From the NCBI GenBank assembly GCA_963695875.1, contig CAVOID010000014.1:72193-136192 (forward strand): a stretch of DNA of 64,000 bases, given 5' to 3'. Below are positions 33,273 to 45,571 of this stretch, in pieces; positions within the stretch are counted from its first letter, which is position 1; every line of letters begins with the position of its first letter. The position numbers were made by a program, and so were the translations under genes. The notes under the pieces are model-generated. The model saw nothing but the letters and a program-made list of their open reading frames with translations, searched no databases and was not told where the DNA came from. Source of the stretch: an uncultured delta proteobacterium (lineage in GTDB: Bacteria > Desulfobacterota > Syntrophia > Syntrophales > UBA2185).

Positions 33273-34133
33273 GTGGATGATGAAAAAGCACAACTAATTC
33301 TTGCAGATATAGAAGATAAGATATTCGATAAGGTTAATCTGGGCTTTGATCCGGAGGTGCTTGATGTACTTGATAATCCCGATGTGAGCGATAGGGAAAT
33401 CGAGCTCCTGAAGGCGAAGATAGGGGATGACATTATGGTTAGGCTTTTTGGTATAGCTAACTCAGTTCATTACGGACAGCTCAGGAGGGGATCTGTCGAT
33501 ACATTTTACAAAGTTGTATCCAGGCTGGGGATGGACTTCACGAGAGTCCTCATCATCTTCCTGGCATTTGCCGCCCTGTCTAAGGATAAGGAAGTGAAGA
33601 TTATTTTCGCCAAAAGTTTTGCAACTTCCATACTTGGCGGCAAAATATTGGCAAAGGAATTCGGCCTCAGGGATAATGATGCAAAAAAAGTAGAACTTGG
33701 CGGGCTCCTCCTCGAAATTGGCAAGATTATTATCGCAGTATACAGGTCGCTTTATAACGATGACTATGTGCAGGCAGAAATTGGAGAAGATTTTATTTCT
33801 GTATATCATTCACACTTAGGTGTAAAAATCATTGAGAAATTTAACTTGCCGGAATTCCTGAAGGACATGATTTCCATGGAGTGCCTCACTCTCGAGACAG
33901 AGCTTATTTCCTTATCCGGCATAGTTATGGTGGCCTATAGCATTGTAGACTTGAGTTTCCGAAGATTCGGTAATAAGCTCGTCATCGCCTCACCAATGCC
34001 TGATCCGGATGGGACGGTGGCACATACAATAGGTGCGGTTATCGAGGATACATTTAAGGCCGTAGGGCTAGGGGGGTATATTGAGATTATAAGGCAGCCC
34101 TTGCCAAATCGAAGTTGGCCTGCGGAGGAATAG
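33273..34133 (+). CDS. HDOD domain protein (HD motif degenerate)
   Basis: LFGIANSVHYG, VSRLG, GLLLEIGK (usually HDIGK), HSHLG...KFNLP. Confidence 0.8.
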   Translation: MDDEKAQLILADIEDKIFDKVNLGFDPEVLDVLDNPDVSDREIELLKAKIGDDIMVRLFGIANSVHYGQLRRGSVDTFYKVVSRLGMDFTRVLIIFLAFAALSKDKEVKIIFAKSFATSILGGKILAKEFGLRDNDAKKVELGGLLLEIGKIIIAVYRSLYNDDYVQAEIGEDFISVYHSHLGVKIIEKFNLPEFLKDMISMECLTLETELISLSGIVMVAYSIVDLSFRRFGNKLVIASPMPDPDGTVAHTIGAVIEDTFKAVGLGGYIEIIRQPLPNRSWPAEE

Positions 34134-34646
34134 CACTTTGGTTGATTGCGAAACCTTGAATAACTTCAGGAAGCGTATTTAAATTTCTATTTTTAAGCAT
34201 ATATAAAATTTGACAAGGAAAGACCCATCTAGTATATATGTAAAACATTCGCTGACAAATTATATTCTTATGCCTATTATTCGGGAATAAAGAGCCTAAT
34301 AAAAGGTATGCCAGCTCCTCATTCCGCAGTAAAGCGTTGGGGAATGCTACTTACAGGGGTTAGATATTTCGGGGAAGAGCAGAAGGTGTTTCTAGATCCA
34401 TATTTATGATTATCCGTGTGAATTTAGACCACCGACGACTGCAACATCATTAATAGTCCCCTCCCGATCCGATATCACATTAGTTTGTTTCACAGAAATC
34501 GACTTTCTGCCTTCTGTGCTGTATTTACTGTCTAAGTCTTACACCCAAAACGATCTTTTAAAAAAAAGAGGCATCTAAGACATTCATCAATAAGACTCTC
34601 TTACTACTATAAATTTATATATAAAATAATTTTGGCACTTATATAA

Positions 34647-36739
34647 ATGGAAGAAAAAAAGAATTGGCAGAATTTTCTTACTGATATCAGAACATTTAGG
34701 AAAAAATCTGATGAAGACTTCCTGCCGCCGTGGCTTTTCCAGCATGATGCCCTGTTTGACGCACTTGAATCTGCCAGCAGTATTGAAAAAGAAAAGCTGA
34801 TAAATATACTAAATCATGTTAATTTTACCGGAGGTTATGTCCGCGTCCTGTTGCGCAATGCCAAGTATGAGGAAGGAATTCTTGTAAATGCCATTCCCGA
34901 AGGTTGTCTGGAGGATGAATTAACCTGCTCATGGGATAAAGGTTACGCCAGTTTCGGCCTTGAAAATTTCCAGCTCCAATATCTGATAGTAACAGAATAT
35001 CAGTCTATCATAATTATACCTGCTAAATTGCTAAGTATAAGCAACACAGGATTTCAAACCCTGCTACCGGAAAAGAGCTATGTTCTAAGCAGGCGCGGGA
35101 CAAATCGTTTCGCCTGCCGGGATGTTACCGTAGATTTAATGCAGAGTGGTTTTCTGGCCAGAGGCAGCCTGGTTGATTTCAGCCCCGACTCTTTTCGTAT
35201 AAATGTTAATCCTGAAACACACTCTTCACATCATTGTTTTAATCCGGATGTTACATCAACAATCCGATTAAACAGCAATGGTAAAATGATTTTTTCCGGA
35301 AACTGTTACTTTATAAGACAAAAGCATGATCTTCTCGACTGGGAAATTGTACTTGCTCCTCTGATTAAACAAATCAAACGCTTCCAGATGAGAACGGTTC
35401 GCCATCCCCGCCGTCAGATTTTCCCACCGCCGGTTGCGACATTTGAGCATCCATTTTTCAAAAGGAAGGTCCAACTCGAAGTATTCAATATCTCCACAAC
35501 AGGATTTTCTGTATTTGACGACTTGGGGGACGGAGTATTAGTACCGGGAATGGTCATTCATGAGCTATCAATAATATATGCCGGAGAATTAAAGATGAAC
35601 TGTATGGCCCAGGTACTCTATCGCCAGAAGCAGAATGAAAATAAAATCTGCTGCGGTATTGCCATTCTGGATATGGACATCCACAGTTACAGCCGTTTGA
35701 ATCGCATCCTCAGTTTAAACATGGACCCCCACACCTATATTTCTACTGAAGTGGACATGGACGCCCTCTGGGAATTCTTTTTCGATACCGGTTTTATATA
35801 CCCCAAAAAGTATAAATTACTCCAAAACCATCGAGAAGAATTTAAAAATACTTACAGGAAGCTCTATCAGGAGAACCCTGAGATTGCCATGCACTTTACT
35901 TATGAACAACACGGGCGCATCTATGGTCATATGTCCATGATACGAGCCTATGAGCATGCCTGGATGATACATCACCATGCAGCAAGGCCGATAGAAAACA
36001 AACGGCCAGGTTTCCAGGTTTTAAAACAGATGATACTTTTTTTGTACGGTATGTACCATTTGCCTTCTGCAAAAATGGATTATATTATGTGTTACTTCCG
36101 CCCAGAAAATAAATTTCCTGACCGTGTCTTCGGTGGTTTTGCAAGGGAACTGAACAACCCCCGTATCTGTTCGCTTGATCTTTTCTCTTACGTGGCATTT
36201 CCTGTGGCAACACCGCAGAACCAATTGTCGCCAGGGTGGTCATTGCATGAAAGTACCCATTCCGAATTGTGGGAGTTAGAACAATTTTACAAATATTACT
36301 CCGGTGGCTTATTGTTGGATGTATTGAATTTAACACATAAGGACACTGTCGATGAATCCCTGGAAAATGTTGCTCAAAGACTCGGTTTCATAAGAAAATG
36401 GAAGACCTATTCTCTTGTCAACAAGGGTTGTTTAAAGGCTGTTTTGATTGTAAATCAGTCCGATGTGGGGGTAAATTTATCCGAGCTTTTAAACGGCATA
36501 AAAGCCCTTGATAATCGACCCGGAAAATCTGCCGTGGGAAGTGCTTTCCACTTGCCACTGCACAACTGACAGGAGTTTATCAACTTGACAATATTCCCCT
36601 ACTAATCTATCCATCTATTTATGCCGATATTATAAACATGCCTTGCGAAAAGAAATATCACCTATGGATTACTTATATGCGACACTCCAACAAATTTTTG
36701 GAGTACATGCACCAAAGATTCAGAATGAATTATGAGTAG
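34647..36739 (+). CDS. Tandem PilZ domain protein with C-terminal putative acyltransferase-like region (frameshift near 36510)
   Basis: RRGTNR/DFSPDS and RHPRR/NISTTG PilZ motifs; C-region LWEFFFDTGFIYP...GHMSMIRAY...CYFRPENKFP; shifted frame ends ...RFRMNYE* at 36739. Confidence 0.7.
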
Positions 36740-36762
36740 TGGCTTTAATACTAAACATTAAA

Positions 36763-39609
36763 ATGAAAGAAGCCCCCTTATACAACAGTAGACTTATAAG
36801 AACTTCGTTGAATATCTTAAAGACTATCACTCTGAAGTTGATATTGAGTTTCTTCTGATTACGCCGGGATTACTTCATACCAGCTTGAAGATGGAGGTCA
36901 TTGGTTCAGTCAGCATCAAATCGATCTTTTCCACGAAGTAATGGATCGACAAACGAAGGACCCTGATATATCACGCAAAGTTGGTCGCTACGCACCCTTT
37001 TCAAAAGCCGCTGGAACTGTGTCACAATACACATTGGGACTTATAACACCTACAATGGCTTACTCGGTGCTCGGTAAGCTTTATCATTTCCTAAGCCGCG
37101 CCTGCACAATTCACACTAGAAGCCTCGGTTCAAATAAGGTTGAAGTTGTTGCCACACCAAATCCAGGTGTTGAAGAAAGACAGTACCAATGCGAAAATCG
37201 GATAGGTACGTTCGAGGCAATCGCCAAATTATTCACAGCCAAATTTGCAAATATCGAACATCCGTCATGCATACATAGAGGCGGAGCCAGCTGCCGCTAC
37301 ATAATAAGCTGGGAGAAAAACCCCTCCTGGATATGGAAGAAATCCCGTAATTACATTATGCTATCGGCATTTGTGGTCTGCCCGGCATTCTTCTTTATTC
37401 TCCATGACACGCTGTGGGCGTGGACATTGCCTGTTTTGCTTTATATAGTTGTTTGTAATGACTTTCATCTATTACACTGAGCATATGGAAAAAAAAGAAC
37501 TCGCTATGACCCTGGAAAGCCAGGGTGAATTAGCTGACAGTCTTTTGGATGAAATTAACATTCGCTACAATAATGCGACACTCATTCATGAAATTGGCCA
37601 AGCTACGTCCATTATTTTAGACAGTGAAAGGTTGCTCAACCTTATTATGGAGGCTATGGAGAATCGGTTGGATTTTGATCGCGGCATGATTATGCTATCA
37701 AACAAGGAAAAGGCACGTCTAATCTATTCTGCTGGTTACGGATACAGTCCTGAACATGAGGAAAAGCTGATGGGAACAGAGTTTCGCCTTGATAAGCCTG
37801 ACTCCAAGGGACCGGTTGTGGAATCTTTCCGCCTGCAAAAACCCATCCTCATCGATGACATAAGTAAAATAGAAAACAAACTTACAAAAAGGAGCCGGGA
37901 GTTTGCCAAAATGATGGGTGCACAGTCATTTATATGTGTCCCTATCGTTTTCGAAAATGAGGCATTGGGTATTCTGATGGTTGACAACATCAGATCCAAG
38001 AGAAATCTCAGACAGAGTGACGTAAGTCTCCTGATGGGAATCGCGACTCAAATCGCGATCAGCATGAACAATGCAATATCCTATCAAAGGGTACTTGAAA
38101 GTGAGGAACGATTCCGATCCTTGAGCGAAAATGCCCCTGACATTATTTATACTCTTGATATCGATGGATCATTTACCTACATAAACCCTGTCTGGGAAAA
38201 GATTCTGGGGCATAGTGCCGACGAGGTTATAGGACGATCTTTCATTGACTTTGTCAGGAAAGAGGACATCAAAGATTATGCTCAACTTTTTAAGCAGATA
38301 AGGAATGAAAAAATCATCGTAAGGGACAGAGTTGGTACTATCCTGCATAAAGATGGGTCAGAGCGGTTTTTTAATATAAGTGGTGCCCCAAACCTTGATA
38401 TGAATGGAAATGTGATTGGTGTCGTCGGAATTTTCAGAGACATATCCGAGCAGAAAAAGCTTGAATCACAACTAAATCATGCGCAAAAGATGGAAGCCAT
38501 TGGAACTCTTGCCGGTGGTATTGCCCATGACTTTAATAATCTTCTTACAGGTATTCAGGGTTATGCTACCTTGATGTTTCTTGATATGAATATCAGCCAT
38601 CCTCTTTATGATAAACTCAAGGGAATTGAAGACCAGGTAAAAAGTGGAGCGGACTTAACCAAAGCAGCTTTTGGGATTTGCCCGTGGTCGGAAAATACGA
38701 CACTCACTGTGGCTGACTTAAACGACATCATCGACAAGACATCATCAATGTTTGGGAGAACAAGGAAGGAGATTCGTATTCACCGCAAGTATGAGGAGGA
38801 TATCTGGGCGGTGGAGGTTGATCGCGGGCAGATCGAGCAGGTGCTTTTGAATATGTATGTAAATGCCTGGCAGGCTATGCCGGGCGGCGGGGATTTATAT
38901 CTGGAAACGGCCAACGTCGTTCTTGATGAGGATTACGTAAAACCGTTTTCTGTAAGTCCTGGAAGGTATGTTAAGATTTCGGTGACTGATACTGGTGCTC
39001 GGAATGGATGAGCAGACGAAGTCAAGGATATTTGAACCATTTTTTACCACAAAAGAGATGGGGAGAGGTACAGGACTTGGGCTCGCGTCCGCCTACGGTA
39101 TAATCAAGGGACACAATGGTATAATAAATGTGTATAGTGAGAAGGGACATGGAACGACATTCACCATCTATCTGCCCGCTTCGGAGAAAGAAATTGTAAA
39201 GGAGGAGATGGTTTCCGAGGATATCATTAAGGGTGAGGGAACAATCCTTCTTGTTGATGATGAGGAAGTTATCATTGATGTAGGCAGGGATATCCTGGAG
39301 GTCCTTGGGTATAAAGTTTTTGCTGCCAAGAGCGGTCGGGAAGCCATAGAGATTTTTAAGGCAGGGGACAGCAATATCGATCTGGTCATTCTGGATATGA
39401 TCATGCCGGAAATGGGCGGTGCAGAGACCTTCGATGTTCTCAAGTCTATTGATCCCAGTATCAAAGTAATCCTTACCAGCGGATACAGTATAGATGCACG
39501 TCCGACAAAGATGCTGGAGCGGGGTTGTGATGGATTTATTCAAAAACCCTATAGCGTGCAAACTTTGTCGCAAAAGGTAAGAGAGGTTTTGGACAAGAAA
39601 ATATCGTGA
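36763..39609 (+). CDS. Hybrid sensor histidine kinase (V4R/H-NOX-like, TM, GAF, PAS, HisKA, HATPase, REC); several indels
   Basis: CENRIG...HPSCIHRGGASCRY; GAF FICVPI; PAS; LAGGIAHDFNN; FEPFFTTK; GTGLGL; LVILDMIMP. Confidence 0.88.
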
Positions 39610-39999
39610 CCACTTGCTTTATTTAATTCAGCTTAACTTGGCGTAGCAGGTTTTGGCAATAAAAAAGAACTGCGAAGAATATGAGATGAAATAAAACGTG
39701 AGGTACGTTCAGGTATCGAAAATCAAGATAATCAATATAGTTACTCTTGCCTTCATGCAAGCGTTTAATATCTTCCTCATAATCAGTATCCCTTCAGAAA
39801 ATCGACTTATCGATCATCGCAAATCAGTAATTCTATTTGGTCACATATTGATATAATTAATTTAACAAAATTAGATAAAAAAACATATTTTTCGAATAGT
39901 TATTTATTTATTGAATATTTATTTATTTTGGATTATATAGACGCGAATTTATAAATTATATTTGGTTCATTCTATTTTGTTTTATGAGAGGCTAAGTAC

Positions 40000-40830
40000 A
40001 TGAAAAATAACTTAAATTATGAAACGTGGGTAGATGATAATAGAAAATACCTGGAAACATTCCATGATAAACGTGTTTTTGTTACTTATGCAGGTGGAAA
40101 AGATGCCTCGGTAATACTTCATTATCTCATACGGGCAAAAGAGGAATTCGGTTTCGAATTTGAAACGCATGCTGCTATGTTTCCAACACATGTCTATACT
40201 AAGGATGAGGTACAGAAACTTGATTCCTATTGGAAAGCGCGAGGTGTATTCATAACCTGGCATCCTGTAAATAAAAATGAACACGCTTTTGAAATGGCAA
40301 AGCAAAACGGAACGAATCCTTGCGAGGTATGTCATTCAACGAAAAGAAAACAATTTATTGAATTTTTAAATAATACTACTACTGACTGGAATTCCCTCGT
40401 AATAATAGTAGGTTGGTCGCTATGGGATCTTGTTGGCTATTCACTGGAATATTTATTCGGCAGTGTCTATGCAGACCGGGATTCTCTGTTCCAAGGGAAA
40501 TCAATCGAAGATAGGCATTACCGGACTTCTCAGCGCTTTTATCCCATGTTAAAGATGAAAGAAGGTTATTCTTTATGCAAACCATTAATCAGGTACAATG
40601 ACCAGGACATTAAAAAGGTAATTCATGAAAATCAAATACCGATTCTAACCACCGATTGCAAGTATAAGGATTTCAGACCAAAGAGGCTATTTGCCGACTG
40701 TTATATAAAAATGGATTTGTATTTTGATTATGATAAGGTTATGAACTTCGCTGAAAAATCGCTTGGCCTGCATAAATCATCTGTATATACGAATATTAGC
40801 AAAGAAGATTTCATAATGTCAATTTTTTAA
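40000..40830 (+). CDS. Divergent TtcA-like PP-loop ATPase
   Basis: YAGGKDA, NPCEVC, KPLIRY, single distal Cys; AT-rich. Confidence 0.65.
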   Translation: MKNNLNYETWVDDNRKYLETFHDKRVFVTYAGGKDASVILHYLIRAKEEFGFEFETHAAMFPTHVYTKDEVQKLDSYWKARGVFITWHPVNKNEHAFEMAKQNGTNPCEVCHSTKRKQFIEFLNNTTTDWNSLVIIVGWSLWDLVGYSLEYLFGSVYADRDSLFQGKSIEDRHYRTSQRFYPMLKMKEGYSLCKPLIRYNDQDIKKVIHENQIPILTTDCKYKDFRPKRLFADCYIKMDLYFDYDKVMNFAEKSLGLHKSSVYTNISKEDFIMSIF

Positions 40831-41017
40831 AAATAGGTCATAGTAAATTAAAATGTTGATTGGCCTCGTAAGCAAAACAGATCGTGCCGGTATCATAAAG
40901 AGTGTTTAGGCAGAGATTTGCTGATCAGAAAAAAATTTCATAACATATCCATGGTCTTTTATTCATTAAGTTAGACCTCCCTTGATTTCTGGTTTTTATA
41001 AAGTTCCCTCCCCGGAA

Positions 41018-41037
41018 AGCCCCGCCCTGCGGGCGGG
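41018..41037. repeat. Hairpin related to family-B miniature element end
   Basis: AGCCCCGCCCTGCGGGCGGG resembles the reverse complement of CCCGCCCACAGGGCGGGGCT. Confidence 0.5.
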
Positions 41038-41059
41038 TAGGGAAAAGAACTAAGCCTCA

Positions 41060-42055
41060 TTAAACTACCCCTCGTATAATTCCCGAATCACTAGGCAACC
41101 GGAAGGGTAAGTGTTCTATCTCCCTTACCCCCGCTCTGGTGAGCATTTCCATGATCTCCCTCTCAGAATAAGAACGGCCATTTCTTGTCCCCAAGAGCAT
41201 ATTAAGGGAAAAAAGCGCGGGGAAGAGCGGTCCATCCATAGTGTTATACAAGATAAATTCGTGCACGATAATCATCCCTCCCGGCTCAAGAACCGAGACA
41301 ACCTTCTCGATAATCCTCTGACAATCCTCAGGACCCTCAGCATGAAGAATTTGAGAAAGCCAGGCCACATCATAGCTTCCGGAAATATCTTTACTCAGGT
41401 AATCACCCTCGACGAAATCAATCCGATCGGCAAGACCAAACTTTTCGATTGTCTTGATGGCATAGGGTCTGGTTGTAGGCAGGTCATAGACCGTGGCCTT
41501 GAGTTGTGGATTTTTCAAGCAAAAGTAGATGGCATATGTACCAGGCCCGCCGCCAAGATCAAGGAGACGACGCCGATCCAAAAGATCAATTGTATTAACC
41601 ATCCGGGGAGCCAGGTTCACAGCATTGTTGAACATACCCATAAGGAAGCTTTCCCGCTTTTCTTCATCATCATACGATGATCTTGATCTGACAGGACCAC
41701 CTGCCCTCACAGCCTTATCCAGCTTGGACCAAGATTCCGCAAGATGGTGATGATGCATAATCATGTAGCCTATATATTCGGGGGAATCCTTCGAGAGATA
41801 AGATATGCCGGCCGGGGTGTTGGAATATTTATCGCCCTTCTTTTCAATGAGGTTCATTGCCGACAGGGCATTGAGGAGCGTTATCACACTTCTTTTTTTC
41901 CCCCTCAGTTTTTGCGCAAGCTCTTCACCTGTAAATTGTTCAGTGCCTATAGTTGTAAAAACCCCAAGTTTAATAGCTGCGTGGAGTGTAAAAGACCTCC
42001 AGTAGTATCCGGATAATGCCAGCAGCTTGTCCGGACTCCATTCCTGTGCGTCCAT
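41060..42055 (-). CDS. SAM-dependent O-methyltransferase with dimerisation domain
   Basis: LHAAIKLGVF, LLDLGGGPG, VYDLP, LSQILH, LEPGG. Confidence 0.9.
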   Translation of the reverse strand: MDAQEWSPDKLLALSGYYWRSFTLHAAIKLGVFTTIGTEQFTGEELAQKLRGKKRSVITLLNALSAMNLIEKKGDKYSNTPAGISYLSKDSPEYIGYMIMHHHHLAESWSKLDKAVRAGGPVRSRSSYDDEEKRESFLMGMFNNAVNLAPRMVNTIDLLDRRRLLDLGGGPGTYAIYFCLKNPQLKATVYDLPTTRPYAIKTIEKFGLADRIDFVEGDYLSKDISGSYDVAWLSQILHAEGPEDCQRIIEKVVSVLEPGGMIIVHEFILYNTMDGPLFPALFSLNMLLGTRNGRSYSEREIMEMLTRAGVREIEHLPFRLPSDSGIIRGVV

Positions 42056-42077
42056 ATGAATGCCCTTTTTATTTAAA

Positions 42078-43137
42078 TTATTGTCCGTAATGCTCTTTAA
42101 TCCATGCCTGATACTCGCCGCTTCTGATATTCTCAATCCACGCTCTGTTATCCAGATACCAGCTTATTGTTACTCTGATGCCTGACGCGAACGATTCGCG
42201 GGGAGACCACTTGAGTTCCCTTTGCAACTTGGTAAAATCGATGGCATATCTCCGGTCATGCCCCGGCCTGTCTTTAACGAATCTGATCAGTCCTCTCCTG
42301 GAACTCCCGTCAGAAGCAGGGAGAAGCTCATCAAGGATGTCGCATATCATTTCCACAATGACGATGTTTTCCATCTCAGAACTGCCGCCGACGTTATACA
42401 TCTCCCCCTTTTTGCCCGACTGCATGATTGTCCAGATGGCCTCACAGTGATCTTTGACATAGAGCCAATCCCGAACGTTTCTGCCATCTCCGTAAACGGG
42501 CAGAGGCTTCCCTTCAACGGCGTTGAGGATCATCAGAGGAATCAGTTTTTCCGGGAACTGGTAAGGTCCATAATTATTCGAACAGTTGGAAATGAGCGTC
42601 GGCAATCCGAAGGTTTCATGATAGGCGCGAACCAGGTGGTCGGAAGCTGCCTTGGAAGCTGAATAGGGACTGTTGGGCCGGTACGGTGTCTCCTCTTTAA
42701 AATACCCTTCCTGCCCAAGGCTGCCGATACACTTCATCAGTGCTGACATGATGAAACAGCAGAAATTTATCCGCCTTCGCCCTGGCAAGTTCAAGGAGGT
42801 TAAAAGTCCCGACAATATTTGTATGTATGAAACTCCCCGGGCTCCTGATGGACCTGTCAACATGCGATTCCGCTGCAAAATGGCAGACAGCATCAATATT
42901 ATAATCATTGAAAATTTTTTCCATTAGATCCGCATCACAAATATCCGCCTTATGAAAGATGTACCTGTCGGGATACTCTTTATCGATGCCCTTGAGATTT
43001 TCAGGATTCCCTGCATAGGTAAGCTTATCGACATTGATTACCCTGCCCGTGAATCCTGTTTCCTCCAGCAAATAATGGATAAAGTTGCTGCCGATAAACC
43101 CACACCCACCGGTGACCATCAAATTATTAATGCTCAT
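42078..43137 (-). CDS. rfbB: dTDP-glucose 4,6-dehydratase (frameshift near 42720)
   Basis: VTGGCGFIGSNF, HFAAESHVDRS, STDEVY, PYSASKA, DRPGHDRRYA. Confidence 0.96.
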
Positions 43138-43325
43138 GTTACCCCTTTCTTCTTGATCAGATTAGACTATTCGTATTTAAGCCTCTGCGAAAAATAGCTC
43201 GGACCAATGACAGACCTGTTAAAACCGGCAACCCGGTTACGTAGTACGGGTCCTTAACCTGATACAGGTCTGCCCGAAATGACAAATTGCATGAAACCTA
43301 TAATGTGAATATGAATTAACAGCTT

Positions 43326-44112
43326 TTATATATAAGCCCTTCCCCCAAGATAGCGATTTTTGTAATAGCTCTTCGACATGGAATCCACGCGAACTTTTTT
43401 GCCGCCGCCTGGTGCATGGATAAACCGACCTTCCCCGGCGTATATACCCACATGAGAGATTTTATCTTTGCCGGCAGTAGCAAAAAAAACGAGGTCCCCC
43501 TTCAAAAGGCTATCCCGCATCAACAGGGGTCCCGGCTTCATACTGTTCCTTGGATGAACGGGGAAGGTTGAGGCCGTTGTACTGATATACAGTCATTGCC
43601 AGCCCGCTGCAATCGAAGCCGGCATCATACGAAGAGCCGCCCCAGAGATATGGAACGTCTATGAAACTTTGCGCCGTTTTTACAAGCTCCTCCCTGATGT
43701 ACATGTCGCCGTGCGTTTTTTGTTTTGCAATAGTATATTCATCGGGGCTGACAATATAATATTCATCGATCACACCTGACGATTTGAGGCCTTCAGCCTT
43801 TTCGCGGGCAATCATTTTTGAAGGAAAATTGCCAAAACGCACCTTGTATAGTCCTGCACGGGCCACGTAATAGATGGCCTCTAAACCCCTGTCCCGGAGA
43901 AGGTCAGTCAGCCGTGCAGCATTTTCAACATTAGAAAAAGCGCCCACCTGAATGGTATAGCCCATATGGGCGATCTGCTTTTCTACATGCTTCGGCGGAG
44001 GGCGATAGGCACGCCGTCCCGCACAACCCGCAACAAGGAAGACAATTAAATAAATGGCAACCGTAACGTGGAGGAAGTATCTCCCCTTGAAACCGACTTC
44101 TGTTCCTTTCAC
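43326..44112 (-). CDS. SPOR + NlpC/P60 lipoprotein peptidase (frameshifted)
   Basis: Lipobox VAGC, IQVGAF, PYLWGG...FDCSG, GDLVFF, HVGIY, FIHA. Confidence 0.9.
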
Positions 44113-44156
44113 ACACTCCTCAGTAACAACTTCTTATTCAATTTATCACAGGCCGG

Positions 44157-45519
44157 CTATCCCGTAGTTTTATCACCCCATCGATCCATCACCAGCCTGC
44201 GAGCCTCATCGGATGTAGATATCTCCCCATCGAGCTGAGCATCCTCAATGGCGTGCATGATCTCGCTAAAAAGGGGGCCCGGAGGGAAACCCATGCCTAT
44301 AAGATCATTCCCGTTGAGTAAACGCGGAGGATGCAGGTCTTCAACTGCTATTTCTTCCAGCTTACTTCTGCAGAATTCATAGCTTTCGAGTGAACCGTGG
44401 CTCCCAAGACAGTCCAGACGATGTAGTTCGAGGTGAAGGTCGAAGTCGGGCATCCTGAGGAATCGTTTTAATCTGTTCGGACGCATATCCATAACGTTCA
44501 TGAAGAGCATATGATAATGGATGAGGGCAAGAATTGTCTCCATTTCGGCACGCGAGAATCTGAGCCGCCGCATCATAGCCTCGGCGATCTTTTCCCCCTC
44601 GCGGACATGGCCATAGAAATGAATGCCAGATTCATTCTCGGAACGTGTATGTGCCTTCCCGATGTCATGCATGACAATGCCCCAGGCAAGACGCAAATCA
44701 TTCTCCACTCCCTCGCTCGAGGGCAGGAGGTCGAGCATCCGGAGGGTGTGTTCCCATACATCACCTTCAGGGTGGAATCTCGGAGGCTGATCGACACCGC
44801 GGAGTGCATAAACCTCGGGAAGAACTTCTGCCAGAAGACCGGTTTCTGCGAGGATTTCCATGCCACGCCGTGCACCTCCGCGCGTGAGGAGTTTCGTAAG
44901 CTCATCACGGATACGTTCGGCACTGATACGGCTGATTGAGGAAATATGTTGTTTGATGGCATTGAAAGTCTCCGCATCTATTTCATAGCCAAGGTTAGCG
45001 GCAAAGCGGACGGCACGAAGCATCCTCAGATGATCCTCGGCAAAGCGCTCTTCAGGGCTGCCAATTGTGCGAATTACAACGGTTCTCAATATCTCGTCTG
45101 CCTTCGACATAATCGATGATCTTGCCTGTAACGGGATCCATGAGAAGGGCATTTACGGTAAAGTCGCGGCGGCGTACATCACCTTCAGCAGTGGTAAATT
45201 CTACTTGAGACGGCCTTCGCCCATCTTCGTAGTCACTCTCGGTGCGAAATGTTGCGACTTCATAACTTTGCCCTTCTTCAACCACCAGGACAACGCCGAA
45301 ACTTATCCCCACCGGCACTGTGTGAGAAAAAAGTGAACGAACCTCATCGGGCCGCGCTGAGGTAACAATGTCATAATCCCCGGGTTCAACTCCACGCAGG
45401 AGATCGCGCACACATCCACCTACGAAATAGGCTTCATAACCGGCGTCCTGCAAATTTCGGACAATGCTGACAGCAGTATCGCGAGACGCCTTAATTTTTC
45501 CCTGACCGTTACTTAACAA
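44157..45519 (-). CDS. cca: CCA tRNA nucleotidyltransferase/poly(A) polymerase family with HD domain (frameshifted)
   Basis: VGGCVRD, DYDI, RRDFTVNA, EDHLRMLRAVRF, HDIGK. Confidence 0.9.
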
Positions 45520-45571
45520 AGATTTCCTTTCCTGTTTTTATACCGTGTACACTACAATATCGATAATCTTT

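Noticed and set aside
43211..43272. c-di-GMP-I riboswitch
   Set aside because: Only a CCGGGTTGCC-like 3' resemblance; the GGCAAAC...GAAA...GACGCAAAG core is missing
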